DNA of 56,378 nucleotides from Trichodelitschia bisporula (taxonomy: Eukaryota). The first letter of the stretch is position 1. Each line of letters begins with the position of its first letter. A program made the translations under genes and the position numbers. Below, piece by piece: positions 12,629-25,528 of this stretch. The DNA is taken from contig ML996698.1 in assembly GCA_010356995.1 (NCBI GenBank), forward strand, positions 62,001 through 118,378. Direction: 5' to 3'. The notes beneath the pieces were generated by a model. It worked only from the letters and a program-made list of their open reading frames with translations, did not search any database and was not told the origin of the DNA.

Positions 12629-15600
12629 GGTGGTAGTTTAGCGACTTAAAGGCGAACTGGTCGGTCGCGCACGGATCGCGACGTCACCATCGGAGTCGTC
12701 CAAGCTGGTAGGTGTATCGATGAAGGTTCAAGGTATCGGAATGAGGCGCAAGAAGAAGCACTGCCCGAGCGTCAGTGTTTATCGGGGAGGAGGGGATGCG
12801 GTGGTCGCAGTGCGGGGGAATGCGCTTACCTGTTGTGAAGACAGGAATGCAATTGCACCAAAGGGAATCAACGGCGCAGGTTGAGCATTCCCGGGCAAGC
12901 AAGGCTGATGGAGCAAGGTAGGCTGTGGCGAGGTTGTACAAGCAAGTGGTGATGACGGGTAGAGGTCAAGGATGCAAGTCGGAGCAGTAAAGGTGGCGAA
13001 GTTTCGGTGGATTAGTTTGGGAGGGGGAGGTTTTTCCGGTATCCTGTCCGTTATGTCGTAGTCAATGCCGTCGCTGGGGTGGTGAGATGAAAGACTGAAT
13101 ATGATGCTGGTGTGAAACGGATTGGGGAAGGCAGTCGCGCCTGACGATGGGGTCGCCCAAAACAAAAGCTGCCTCAACACCCGCCTTTGCAGCAATGCAA
13201 CCGTCCAGAGTAATGACCGAAGTTCCTGCACTTATTCCTCCAGAGTTATTGAGAGGGTGATTCCGTCAAGGAGTCGCTGAAGTTTGCCTCGTATATTATC
13301 CTGCTCTTTTGAGTTTGAAATGTCGAAGTCGATCGAAGTGGCTCTGGTCCCCCGCGCTCGCGTCGAATAGTTCGAAATGATGATATCTTATCTTTGCGTG
13401 ATCCTGCTAGCTCTCCCGTAGAATATGATCCAGGTTCGAAAGTAATATCGATCAACGGTATCGCAAACACAAAATCGTCAATCAAAGTCGCACTTGAATA
13501 AGTCGGCAGTTCTTCACTTCTGTCCGTCGATTGAGCAGCACAGGGAGCAAGAGTCAGACGTACCCAGGGCGGGCCGTGCGGACTGATATTGAGCAACCCT
13601 TCCCTCCCCCGGTTCCCAAGCCTCGCCCCGCTGCGTATCTCTGGCTCCAGCTGGTGGGAGAGGCGCGCTAGTGCAGTGCAGGAAGAACTGGAGAAGCCGG
13701 CCACTGATCGTCCTGCACGGCCCGGACGAGGCTATCCTAGCGGGGTTCTTGATCTTTGCGGCTTGACGTCCCCCGGCCCCCGAAGTCCACCCCCAGTCCA
13801 TAGCGGGCATGGTGGGTGGTTGGTGCGAAGCGTATCCAGGGAGGCGTCGGACGCCCGCCAAGATGAGGTACGCAGTAGAGGGGCACTGGCAGAACATAGG
13901 AGTGCAGCGCGGGATGAGTTCCTGGGTGCTTTTCGTCGTCACAGTCCACTTCCCTTCTGCTGGTGCTGTTGATTCGTAGCTCGGTACATGCACACTTCAC
14001 ACTGGTCGGCTTTGCTCATCTGACCTCGGAGCACTGTGACCATCACGTCCTGGCACCTTTGTTTGTGGCTCCTTTCGGCGACTACTGTCCGTATGGCATT
14101 TCGTTCACATCGAATGTCGCGACGTGACGAGAATCTTCGTCTCCTAGGCTTCACGCTGCCAACCCCCTCTTCCCTACTACTGCGCCCACCTAGCATCGGG
14201 GAAAGGGGAAGAGAATGCCGCGGTGGCGTTTTCGAAGAGCGTGCTTGCTCCTAGCAAAGGTCTGAGCGCCGTGTTAGGCTCAGTGGCTGCACCGTTGGCT
14301 TGCAGGACCGATGAAGGAACTGGCGGCGGCGCGCAAGCTGGGAGCGAAAAAGAAGGCAAAATGTGCGCGAGCTGCTTCTGCGGCGCGTCTCTCCTCTGCT
14401 GCTGATGCTAATGCGCTGCTGGGAAACGAAGCACAGCGGCATCGACGTGCTTGCTGCGAGATGAACGTCGCACCGTGCGTCGCGGAGTGCTTACATCATG
14501 TCGGGTGCGGATGTCACGACGGCTTCATTTCTACCCTTTCTGCTCGACCACTCTTCAAACAACGCTCTCTGAAGTTGAAGAGATTGCCGTCCCAAACTCC
14601 CACCATCTCCCTGACAACTCCCCAGTCTTTTCTCTCCCAATATTCCGTCCCACAAAACAAACTGGCCCCATCGGAATAATCTTACTGCCTCCACACGATG
14701 GCGCTGCGCCAAACCGCGCTCGGCAAAGCTGAGGAAGTCCGTTCCCCGCGCTCGGGACGCCGTCGGTGTCGACAAGGCTTGCCCCTATTTTGTTTTTCTT
14801 CTGAGCTCCTCTGCTCACTCGTCACCCTTGACCAATTCGGACGCAGTTCGAACACCAGGATCTTCAGATCAGCATCCGAACGGCTTGTTGCGGTATAGGT
14901 AACGGGCGGGTCCCCATTCTCCTTGAAGTGATATTGGCTGACTCTTTGGTAAAGAAGATGGCACAGCCTGACCGATGTCGGCTGGGAGATGTGCAACCGG
15001 GACGGGACTCGGGAGAGGTTCGGCTCGAGCAACCAGAGCACGTTCTTAACAGCTTGCATTCGCATGCCTGCTCGCATCAGGCGATATCACCATCGAATGT
15101 TGAGAACCATCTGCGGCCTCGAGTCCTCGTCTTTTCTCATTGGCCCTCCGCAATGCACGCTCTATCGGACCGCATCTCAGCGGGGGCGCATCACCGCATA
15201 CACGGAAATGTGTTCCCCTTATCAATCGACCACTCAGCGCGCTCCAATTTCTCCAATTATTCTCTTTCTCCGCCCCCGCCTGTGCCCCCACTCTCTCCAC
15301 GGGCGTTGCGGCGTCGCGTCTTGGTGCCGTGTCTACGAAGTACCGTAGTCCGAAGGCGGGAACGGAGGCTGACCGGGATTCCAATCCTTGTCTCGGCACA
15401 GGCCTCGTTGCTCAGGCAGCATTCCTCTCCGACCAGGGGCTAGGACGCCGGGATCGCGCCATCGCAGTAGCCAATCGTGGATTTTACGGCAGACACGAGA
15501 TGTGATTGAACCGTGGCGCATCTCCGGCACTGTGACGAGCTGGCCTATTGCGCGGCGAAGAGGACCAACGTCTGTGATCTGATCGTGAAGCAATCTCGCG

Positions 15601-18600
15601 GGATTGGATCTGATTGTGATTGAAGCTATTCGCTGGGTGCCGGAGCAGAAATCTCGGTCGCCCGTTACCGTTTCGCAGGCTTCGATTGAGCTTCAGTTGG
15701 CCTTAAGAACGGAATTTATGAGCTGGATATATCCGTACCTCGCCCTGGTTCTCACAACAGCGCGCTTGCGCTTGTCAAGGAATCCATACATCCCCCGCAG
15801 GGTTTTGATCGGACCGGCAGACGCGGTACCGTAACCCCCACCACTTCGAAACAACTTCATCGAAGCTAATATCTCTGTGATCACACCGCCACCACAAACC
15901 CCATCACCACAGATGTGGGCGTCTTCCTCGTATTTGTAGATTACGCACCGCTCTCTTTTCGATGTCGGCGCCTTGTAACGCCGGCACCTGAGACTCTTGT
16001 AATGGATATCAGAGCTTCGCGAGTAGCTGTCCGGAACCCGCGCCGAAACACCTGCTCCACTACGTCGCGGTAGCGAAGATATCCGCCACCTGTTGTACGA
16101 CTTCGGAGAGAAACTGGCAAAGCTGCCTGAGCGCCGTCAAACCATTGTCCTAACTCTAACTTTCCACAGATATCCAGCCTTATCAATGTACTTCCTCCCG
16201 CACGGCTTCGTCGCGTTCCATAACTACCAACAAAATATCCCTCCTGCAGCGAACCAAGATCGCGGGCAACGCTCAACAGCATCCAAAACACGCTCCGCCC
16301 GCACAGGCCCCATCCTATAGGCAGGGCTTGAACCTTTTCACCTGTTTCGGACGCCACCACACAAAGTCCCAAGTCCGTGGCGTCGAGTCCGTGCCTTCCA
16401 GACCGGGTGTTGCGGGAAGCATCTCAGCAATGCACGAGTCAGCAGTTCTTGAGCGGGCGGGTCGTCGGGTGAGTTCCGCAAGTTTTTGAGGCATTTGCGC
16501 AAGCGTCGTGATGAGCAACTACTGCCAGGCCTCAGTCGACTGAAGCTAATGACGTTAACAAAAGCTCTTTGCTGGGGCGTTTAGCTTGATATCGGCCTGG
16601 TTCCGAGTGCCGGTCTTCCTCCCCGCCCTAACCAAGGACTTCTCCTTTTACCCCGGGGTTGAACCCGATGATGTGGGAGGCCCCCACGGGCTTGTTCTTG
16701 CGGTCTACCGTCGACGCGACCTGAGCGCGTCTTTCGGGCACCGGGATATCAAGGAATATATATCAAGGAATCTGCGCCGAACGATACCTGGGACGTAAGA
16801 GAACATGTCTGCTCTTCCGTCATGGGATCGCCCCTCCGTGGTGTGAAGACTGGCCGCAGCAGAGCTGGGAGTTTGAACACTAAGTCGCGGCTCCCGCCCC
16901 ACGGAACGCGTAGTAAGCACTACTGTACCCCGCCGGCGCGGCGTGCACGGACGGCCGATCATCGGGATATGAGGCTGGCAACTACGGTAAATCCCTTTCT
17001 TTTTAGGACGGGACGTCAATAAGTTCGCGCTCTGGTTGGTCAAGTGAATTGCGCTTTTGAGGCATCTTCAGTGAAACTGACGATCGTTACTAACTCTGGA
17101 CGTACTCACGGCTTTTTCTTTGCGCTGGGCTTCAGGATAAGAGCCCTAGGGCGGTTTGGGCTACGATGTGCATCTTGAACTACTGCATTTGGAGGTGCGC
17201 ATTGGGGCAGCCCGGCCTGGTCTACGAGGTAGGAGAGCGGGTCGTATCTTTACTGCAACGGCTTCAGGGCGGCATAGTGGCTTCAGGTATCCAACGAGAA
17301 GCTATGGTATGCGGGCGAGTATCGCCTTCAGCCTTGAACTCGCTATCTGATGATCTCTCATCGCGGGTGTGCGTTATCGCCCACTGCCGCAGTCGCGCCC
17401 ACTCATTTCCCCGCTAAGGCTGCTAACAACACGCGCGGGGACTTGATAGCGTGGATTGGGCTCGAACGACGTCCCGTTTGCGATGATCTTCAATACGCTT
17501 TGTAGAGACGGTCTTCGTGGACTTCATGGATGCGGGTGGGGATGCGGGGCAAGTTGACATCACGCTATGCTGCTGGGGATGATGGGAGTGTGCTCCGGGG
17601 CCTTGGGCTGCCCGCATGAGAAACTGAGAGCGTGACTTGGGTTGTCACGGTCGCACGGCGTGGGTGCTGGGATTGGCCTCGGGGCGAGGCTGGGGTGCCG
17701 TTTCTCTGGGAGGGGGGGAGATGGGGGGACTTTGAGAAAACTAATCGCCATAACCGGTCGGGTTTGGGATTTCTATGCGAGGACCTGCTACGAAAGCATG
17801 CGCGTACAGGAAGCCGGAGACCCGTCTACGCATCCGCCCTTCCATCCTGATGTTTCTTCTGACGACACGGTTCGGGGTCGGGGTCTGAGACTGTCTTCAT
17901 TTCGGTGTCGGGGTGGGAAGTGGATGCGGGGCTGTGAGGGTTATGAAGGTGGATGTTTGTTTCTCTGACAGGTCCTGCGATTTTGATGGGATTGCGAGGA
18001 ACGTTTTGATATGAGCGGGGTGTTGTTGGCGGTTTGGGGTCTGCGCGGGGTAGAGTTGGGGTTCGTGGACTGGTTTGTGCGTGGATGTTATGTGAGATGA
18101 TCGACACTTCAAGTTTGATGTTGTAGAGATTGGTGATGATGGAAGAGTTGGGATGGAGATGAATGATGCTGAGGTGCTTGTTCGGCCATCCGAGAGCGAA
18201 TACTGCTTCACGACTTCTGGCGACAGAAGCAACGTTCAGCTTAGATGCTTTTGATGTAGGACATCTCGTCGATATCACACATTTCAAATTGTGCATGTCG
18301 AAAACCGGTCAACATCACCACTCAAAAAGTCACTTAAAATTTACCACAATGCTATGTGTCTGGAGACTTCATACGGATAAAAATACCTAACCCAGCAAGA
18401 TCCCTAAACGACTATAATATTCTTCGGGATCTGTACAGCCCAAAAGTAACCACTCAGCAGCTCGGCTCCCGGTCCTGCGACCCAGCATGCGGGGCTGCTG
18501 CATGCCTCCACGACTATACCGAAGCGATGTCTCGGGTCTTGGAGCCTGCTTTTCGTATATATGTTCGCTTTACCGAACTTCAATTGGGTTAAGCGATGTG

Positions 18601-19141
18601 AACTTTGAGGCGAAGTAAATGGGCTTGGGACGGGCGTATTTGCGTAACGTGGGAGGTTGCTTTTAGCGAGATCGGAGTTGTGGAAGGGAAATTTTGCCCA
18701 AATGGACAACTATGACGTTGCAGGCGCTGTCAGTCGTCCACTAGAATTGTTCAAGGCGGGTTATGGTCGCTATGTTTCTTCTACGAGCCTGACCCCTTTC
18801 TGGGTATCGGCTATGAATGTGATTCTTCGGGTGATATGGTTTGGGATGGCCTACGGCGGTACGTGGCCGAGCTGGAGTTTAGTTTGAACACATCAAGTGG
18901 CGAAGTCAGCGGGCCGGATATGTACTGGAGAGGGCGTGCGATGATATCGGATTGTTTCGGTGCAGCGCGTAGCCTTCGACACTCAGTGGTACGAGGCTGA
19001 GTCCTGTCACCACTGCTGGTCTGCGACGCCGCCATCCTCACGATCCATCTACCCGACCAAGTAACGGTGCCCCCAGACAGCCATGTATCAACAATATCCT
19101 GCCGAACAGCGCACGCCGACGCGCATGCTCACCCTCCCCAG

Positions 19142-20044
19142 CTACTGCAAGTCATCCATATCCTCCTCGTCCTCCTGGCCCCGATACCCCACCCTGCGCT
19201 CCTCCCTCTCCCTCTCCCTCCGAACCGCCTCCTTCGACGCGCCAATCTTCCTACACCCATTAGCACCCCACCCCACCATCCGCATCCACAGAGCACGCAC
19301 CTCAGTCCATCAACCACACCACCAATAAACGCCCTCCCCTCCGCAATCTCCATCCCCCCCACCCCATTCATCTTCACTCCGCCCCCCGCATCCAGCACCT
19401 CCACACCAGCGCGCACCTTCGCCATCCGCACCTCCCTCAAATCCCTCAATAGCCTTCTCACCGCATCTGGCTCCTCGAAATCATCCCCCGCCCCCGCGAG
19501 GAGTATCTCGCCCATCTCGAGCCAGTGATATGGGAGCGCGGTATCTGCTGCCCCGACCACGGAGGTCGGGACAAACGGAGGCGACGCAGCTTCATCGCGC
19601 AGGCTGGGCGGTGCGGGGGGCAGCGCAGGGCCAGGCGTGAAGGCAGCGGGGTACTCCGTTGTTTCGGACTCGAGGATCGTGCTCAGAGCCGCGGGGGCGA
19701 GCCACGGCGGCGGCGCGATGTTGGCTCTTTTTTGGCGCTTGAGGAGGAGGGCGAGCCAGAGGGGGAGGTTGGCGCGGAGGGGGGGGGTGAGGGGGGGAGT
19801 TGGGCCCTGGGTGTCGTTAGGAAAGCGGAATGTACGTTTAGGAATCGGACATGTACGTTTAAGAGTCGAATGCATGACTGTGACGGGACATACGGTTTGC
19901 GGGGCGGGAGATCCGCGGGGTTCAACTCACTCCTAGTAGGGTGTAGGCGTCTTGTTTTTGGCGGGGGATGACGGTTACGAGTTCCATTTCGCAGAGGAAG
20001 GAGACTTCGGAGGGGGTAAGGCCGGGGGGGGAGGGGTGCGCCAT
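19142..20044 (-). CDS. PSF2: GINS complex subunit Psf2
   Basis: [29 protein letters not shown]...[39 protein letters not shown]...[13 protein letters not shown]...[13 protein letters not shown]...[27 protein letters not shown]...DEEDMDDLQ*; two introns. Confidence 0.95.
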
Positions 20045-20208
20045 GGTTGTGCTTGACGTGGTGGTGATGTTGTGCGCGGTGGTGTTGTGACGTTGAGGTT
20101 GTGGGGCGGTGATTGGTTGCTGGGGTTGGAGGAGGAGCGGGCTCACATGTGTGATATGCCACCTTTGCTTTACGTCTGGCGCAGCACAACACCTTTGATG
20201 CCGCTGCG

Positions 20209-22102
20209 ATGGACGCGAATAGATATTTCGGTTCTTTGCTTGCGATTGTTGTCTCTGCTGCGATTCATAGATACCTTTTGATTTCGCCTGTCGTTTGGGT
20301 AGACGAGATGGACTACTTCGTCCGCAGACCGTATCTTGTCCGTCTCTATGAACTCTAAATTCATGCAGCTAACAATGTGCAGGATGAAGTCTTCCACGTC
20401 GGGCAAGCTCGATACTACTGCCTCACGCACAATTTCTCATGGTGGGATCCGAAGATCACGACTCCACCTGGCCTGTATGTTTTCGACCATATCTGGCCCC
20501 TGTCTAACAGCAGCAGCTACCTTCTCTCTTACGCGAAGTATCTCATCACAGGGCGGTGCTCAATAGACGCACTGCGGGAGCTAAACGCCAGCATCCTAAA
20601 CCTCTCCCTCGCCCCCATCGGCCTCGCCCTCTATCTCCTCTCCAACCGTGTATCAACCCTTCGCGCCTTCCTCCAAATCTTCCACACCAACGCCAACATC
20701 ACCAACTTCCCCCTCCTCTTCTTCTTCTCCGGCCTGTACTATACCGACGTAGCCTCAACCTTCTTCGTCATCCTCGCCTACACCGCATCTCTCCCCTCGG
20801 GCCACTCATTCCGTGTCCTCGAACTCGTGGCAGGTGCTGCGGCGCTCTGGTTCCGCCAAACTAACATTTTCTGGGTCGCTGTTTTTCCCGCTGGACTTAG
20901 GGTGGCGAAGGAGGTGCGTGAGTGGAATGAAGCGAGTCCCGCGGATACCAGCTTTGCGGGCGTGATTCAGGCGGCCTGGACCGAGGCGGCCGTGTATGAC
21001 CCCGCCGTTGGCGACGCGGAGTTCGAAGATTACATCAAAGCCGCCCTCTCCATCGCCCTCGTCGCCGCCCGGCAACCGCACCGTCTCCTCCTCCCCCTCT
21101 TCCCGTACCTCACCCTCCTCGCCGGCTTCGCCAGCTTCGTAGCCTGGAACGGCGGCGTCGTGCTCGGTACACCCCTTTCCATGTTTCCGTGTCATGCTAC
21201 GAGTCTTGCTAACCCCCACAGGCGACAAAAGCAACCACGTCGCCACAATCCATCTACCACAAATGCTCTACCTCTGGCCCTTCATGCTCTTCTTCTCATT
21301 CCCGCTTATCATTCCGCCCTTCGCCAGCCGGCTGATCGATGCATTCCGCTTACCGGCGCCGCGGCGCCTCGCGAATACGGGGATTTTCCTGGCGTGTACG
21401 GGGCTGGCGCTGGCGGCGGTGCATTGGAATACTATTGTTCATCCGTTTACGTTGGCGGATAATAGGCATTATGTGTTTTATGTGTTTAAGATCCTGCGCA
21501 CTTACCCGCTGTTGAAGTATCTGGCGGCGCCGGTATATGTTGTTTGTGCTTGGGCTACGATATCGGCACTGGGGCATTCAAGGGCGGTGGCGGGGGGTGG
21601 AGGAGGGAAGGCCGTGTCAAGAGCGCAGAGGATATGGGAACCGAAGGTCATTGAAGCGGAGGTCATTGAAGCGAAAGTCATTGAACCGGAGATCATTGAA
21701 CCGAAGGTCATGGAGCCGAAGGTCATTAAACCGAGGGTCATTGGAAAAGAGGTGGCCAAGGCAAAAACGGTGATCCGGACAAGCAAGGACGAGCCAGAGC
21801 TGGAGTACTCGCAGCAGCAGCCAAATGCGAGCTTTGTGCTCGTCTGGCTGGCAGCAACAGCCCTCTCTCTGGTGTCTACAGCCCTGGTGGAGCCGCGGTA
21901 CTGCATCGTGCCATGGGTGATGTGGCGGCTACGCGTTGCCAGCAAGGTAGAGGGGACGTGGGGATACAAATGGTACGACTTCCGACTGGTGGCAGAGACG
22001 GTTTGGTTCTATGTCATTCAGGATGTTACGGGGAAGGCGTTCTTGCATCATGGGTATGAGTGGGCTAGCGAACCGGGAGCGGTACAACGGTTTATGTGGT
22101 AG
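20209..22102 (+). CDS. ALG10: Dol-P-Glc alpha-1,2-glucosyltransferase Alg10/Die2
   Basis: [76 protein letters not shown] and C-terminal QRFMW*. The start is inferred from the in-frame ATG at 20209 upstream of a GT..CAG intron. Confidence 0.95.
21638..21742 (+). repeat. 15-bp coding tandem repeat, 7 units (EPKVI-like), inside ALG10
   Basis: Units such as gaaccgaaggtcatt / gaagcggaggtcatt / gaagcgaaagtcatt / gaaccggagatcatt translate to [35 protein letters not shown]. Confidence 0.9.
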
Positions 22103-22934
22103 TTTTGGGGGCTGTGAATTGGGGGTTCGGCTTGCTTCGAGACTCTGTGTAGGATACTGATGGCAGTGGGCTTGATATCGACGGGAGTTTGGTGGAATCT
22201 TGATGAGCGATTTTTACCCAATTGATCAAGCGTTGTCGTGTTGGTTTCGGCGATGAGTTTGCAGCCTCACAAATCAGCAATCCAACAGCTCCACCAACCA
22301 TGCTGTCATCCACCATTGGACCTGGCAGCATCATTCATTCCACCTTCACCGGAATAGATCCCGCATAGACACCCCATCAAGGCCCAAGGAGCAATTGCGC
22401 CAATTCCCATCCGGCCACACAGTCAGCTTCCGCAACCGGCCACGGCCCGATATTAAGAGCAGGGCACCGCGCCTTGGTCCGCACCGGTGACGAAAGATCC
22501 ATCCAAGGTCTGTGGGGCTACGCAGTTTATTAATGGAGCCAAATCGCCAAAGTAGGCATCCGGATCGCATCCAACGACCCGTTATCCAAACATCGTCGCC
22601 CGCGATCGCAAGCCGTAGACGCTGAGTGGCGACGCCAGACCCACCAGCCCCGGCTGTGGCGTGACGCTCCCCAGCTGATCGACAACCACATGTCCTTCAG
22701 CTTCACCTCCGCGCCCTCCCCATCACCGTCCCAACTCATCGTCCCCCTCTCACTTTATTATTCCCATCGCTCACAGCTATCGTCAAAACCCTCCCGTCCC
22801 TCCCTCACCTCACCTCACCCGCGCCCCCAAACCCCGCAGTACTGTACACACGCACCGCTAGCGTCCCAACCGCCCGCGCCCCCTCAGCATCACCGCTCAT
22901 TCACCTCCCAATTCCTACCACCGTAGCAACCCCA

Positions 22935-24925
22935 ATGAGCAGCCTCCTCACAGCATTCATCCTCGCCCCCGTCCGCCGCTTCACAACCCCGCAACAGGCG
23001 CAACCACACCCCGCACCCAACCATGCACATGCGCAATCACATGCCAATCCCAAACCGCCCCCCGACACAGCGATAATACCCCCGGGCTCCCCTGCGCGCG
23101 ACCGCGCCCAGTCTTCCTTCGACCGCTTTGTGCCCCTCCTGCCCGTGGAGTCCACGCCCACAACCACAGCCATGCCGCTCTCATCCTCCCCCCCAGCCGA
23201 CCCATCCGACCCCTCCGATCCCGCGCCCATCGCCATGCGGCTAGCCCTCGCAGACGCCCCCCCCCAATCCTCCCTCCCCGCCGACGACGGCATGCGCGGT
23301 CTCCGCAAGCGTATCCATGAGATACGCGATATGCGCGCGAGTGCGCCGGAGAAGGCGCAGGCGATGCATGCGCTTATGACGCAGAGCTGGCAGGCGGCGA
23401 GGGGGGCGGGGAGTATAGGGGGTGAGGGGGGGCATGTGTGTCATGCTGGGCATGGTGGGCATGGTGGGCATGCTGAGTATGTGGGTGCGGAGGGTGGGGG
23501 GGTGGGGGTGGATATTACGTGCTCGTCGCTCGCATGCTCGCCGCGCTCAGTGGGGCGCGGGCGTGAGATCGAGGGCGAAGAAGTGCGCTCCGGCGGAGAT
23601 CCGGAGTGGAATGTGCGGCCGCAGGATTTACGAAGAGTTTACAGGCCGCGGGTCGAGGGGGAGGAGGAGGAGGAATTGGTGCTTGGGTGCCGGCATTACA
23701 AGCGCAATGTCAAGGTGCAGTGCTACGACTGCCGGGCGTGGTATCCGTGTCGGCATTGTCACGACGAGGGGGAAGGGCATGCGCTGAACCGGCGCGCGAC
23801 GGAGAATATGCTCTGCATGCTGTGTCTCACGCCCCAGCCTGCGGGGCAGTATTGTCGCAGTTGTGGGGGGCGGGCGGGGTGGTATTACTGCGATATATGC
23901 AAGTTGTGGGATGATGATGGGACGAAGAGGATATATCACTGCGGGGACTGTGGGATTTGTCGGAGGGGTGAGGGGCTGGGGAAGGATTTTCAGCACTGCA
24001 AAGTAGGTCTCAGTTCTCCGATATATCGTTTGCCGGGCTAACGTGGGACAAGAAATGCAACGTCTGCATCTCGATCCAGAACTTTGCGACGCACCGCTGC
24101 ATCGAGCGCGCGACCGAGTGCGACTGCCCCATCTGCGGCGAATACATGTTCACCTCCGCGCTCGACATCGTCGCCATGCCCTGCGGGCACTACCTCCACG
24201 CCGCGTGCTACACCGCTTACATGGCCACGGCGTACAAGTGCCCCATCTGCAAAGCCTCGGCCGCGAACATGGAACTCGCGTGGCGGAAGTTGGATAGCGA
24301 GATTGCGCGGCAGCCGATGCCGCGGCAGTGGGCGGATACAAGAGCGGATGTCCGGTGTAATGATTGTGGGCATGCGAGTGTTGTGCCGTATCATTGGCTG
24401 GGGTGTAAGTGTGCTGTTTGTGATGGGTTTAATACGCTGGAGGTTAGGCTTTTGGCTGCCGAGCGAGTTGTGCGGGATGTGGAGGATTTTGCGCGCAGGG
24501 AGCGGTTGGCGGCTGAGAGGAGGGAGGGGCAGCGCGGGGAGGGGGTGCGCTCGACGGTGCTTGCGGCGAGGCCCGCGGGGGGATATTTCCAGACTGCGGA
24601 GGAGGAGAGGGGCCGGGCGGGGAATGAGCAGGGCTTGCTTGAGGGATTTAGGCCGATGGAGATGATGGCGCGGTTTGGCGCAAGGAGTTTGAGTCCTATA
24701 CGGCATTATTTTGAGGAGGAGGAGGAGGTGGGGAGTGAGGATGATGATGAAGAGGAGGGGGGGGGCGGGATTTGGGGGGAGGAGGGGTGGTTTTTTAGCG
24801 AGGAGAGTGAGGGGGAGGGGACGGATGAGGAGGTGGATGTTTTTGGGGGGGAGGAGGGGGAGAGTGAGGATGAGGATGGGGATGGGGGGGGGAGGCTGGA
24901 TTTGCAGCTTATTGGGCATCGGTGA
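22935..24925 (+). CDS. CHY zinc finger and RING finger protein (Pirh2/RCHY1-like E3 ligase)
   Basis: GCRHYKRNVKVQCYDCRAWYPCRHCHDE (zf-CHY), YYCDICKLWDDD..IYHCGDCGICRRG, RING CPICGEYMFTS...MPCGHYLHAACY...YKCPIC and zinc ribbon CNDC...YHWLGCKCAVCDGFNT. One intron near 24004-24051; acidic C-terminal tail. Confidence 0.93.
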
Positions 24926-24926
24926 T

Positions 24927-24967
24927 GGGGGGGGGGGGGGGGGTATGGTATATGTGTGTGTGTGTGG
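24927..24967. repeat. Poly-G run and (GT)n microsatellite just after the Pirh2-like stop codon
   Basis: A long G homopolymer followed by tatgtgtgtgtgtgtg. Confidence 0.8.
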
Positions 24968-25285
24968 GCTCGCGGCATTTGGGTTTTTAAGGCGTTGGAT
25001 GGGCAGCGGCAGCGGCAAGGTGCTGGTGATGATTGATGCATAAGGGGTGTTTTTTTGGCGAACTGGATGGAGTGTTGGTAGCGGTGCATTAGCGCGGGAG
25101 AAATTATGTTGTGCTTTGTGGGGTTGCGCTGTGGTGATGTGATGCTCTTGCCTCGTGGTGGGATGACGCCAGGGCCGGCCCGTGCCTAGCCGCTTAGCGT
25201 GGCTGCTGATGACGACGTCCAGCGAGGGTGTTTGTGTTTGTTGACCGTTCTGACACTTCGGATGAGGTTTAACTTAGCGTTGGGC

Positions 25286-25528
25286 TGATGTCCAGCAGTG
25301 TTGGCTCGCACTTGGGCTATCGAGGTTTTGATGCAATGCGCTTGTCGTAGGTAGGCCGCTCTCCTCGAGTGTTCGCCTTTGTTGACCGCATTGGCTTCGC
25401 GGGCATTTCTGGATCTTGAAAGCGCTGGGATGACATGAGGTAGTGTCAGCTCACTCCTGGACTATGGGGGTTTGACGCAATGCACTTGTCGTAGGGCAGC
25501 CGCTCGGGTCCTCGAGGGAGTGCTCGCT
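25286..25528. repeat. Degenerate non-coding direct repeat, two ~95-bp units
   Basis: 25286-25377 (agtgttggctcgcacttgggctatcgaggttttgatgcaatgcgcttgtcgtagg...) versus 25431-25528 (agtgtcagctcactcctggactatgggggtttgacgcaatgcacttgtcgtagg...). Confidence 0.75.

Noticed and set aside
24038..25089. Long minus-strand Pro/Ser-rich ORFs
   Set aside because: They are antisense to the G-rich 3' half of the Pirh2-like gene and are low-complexity artefacts.
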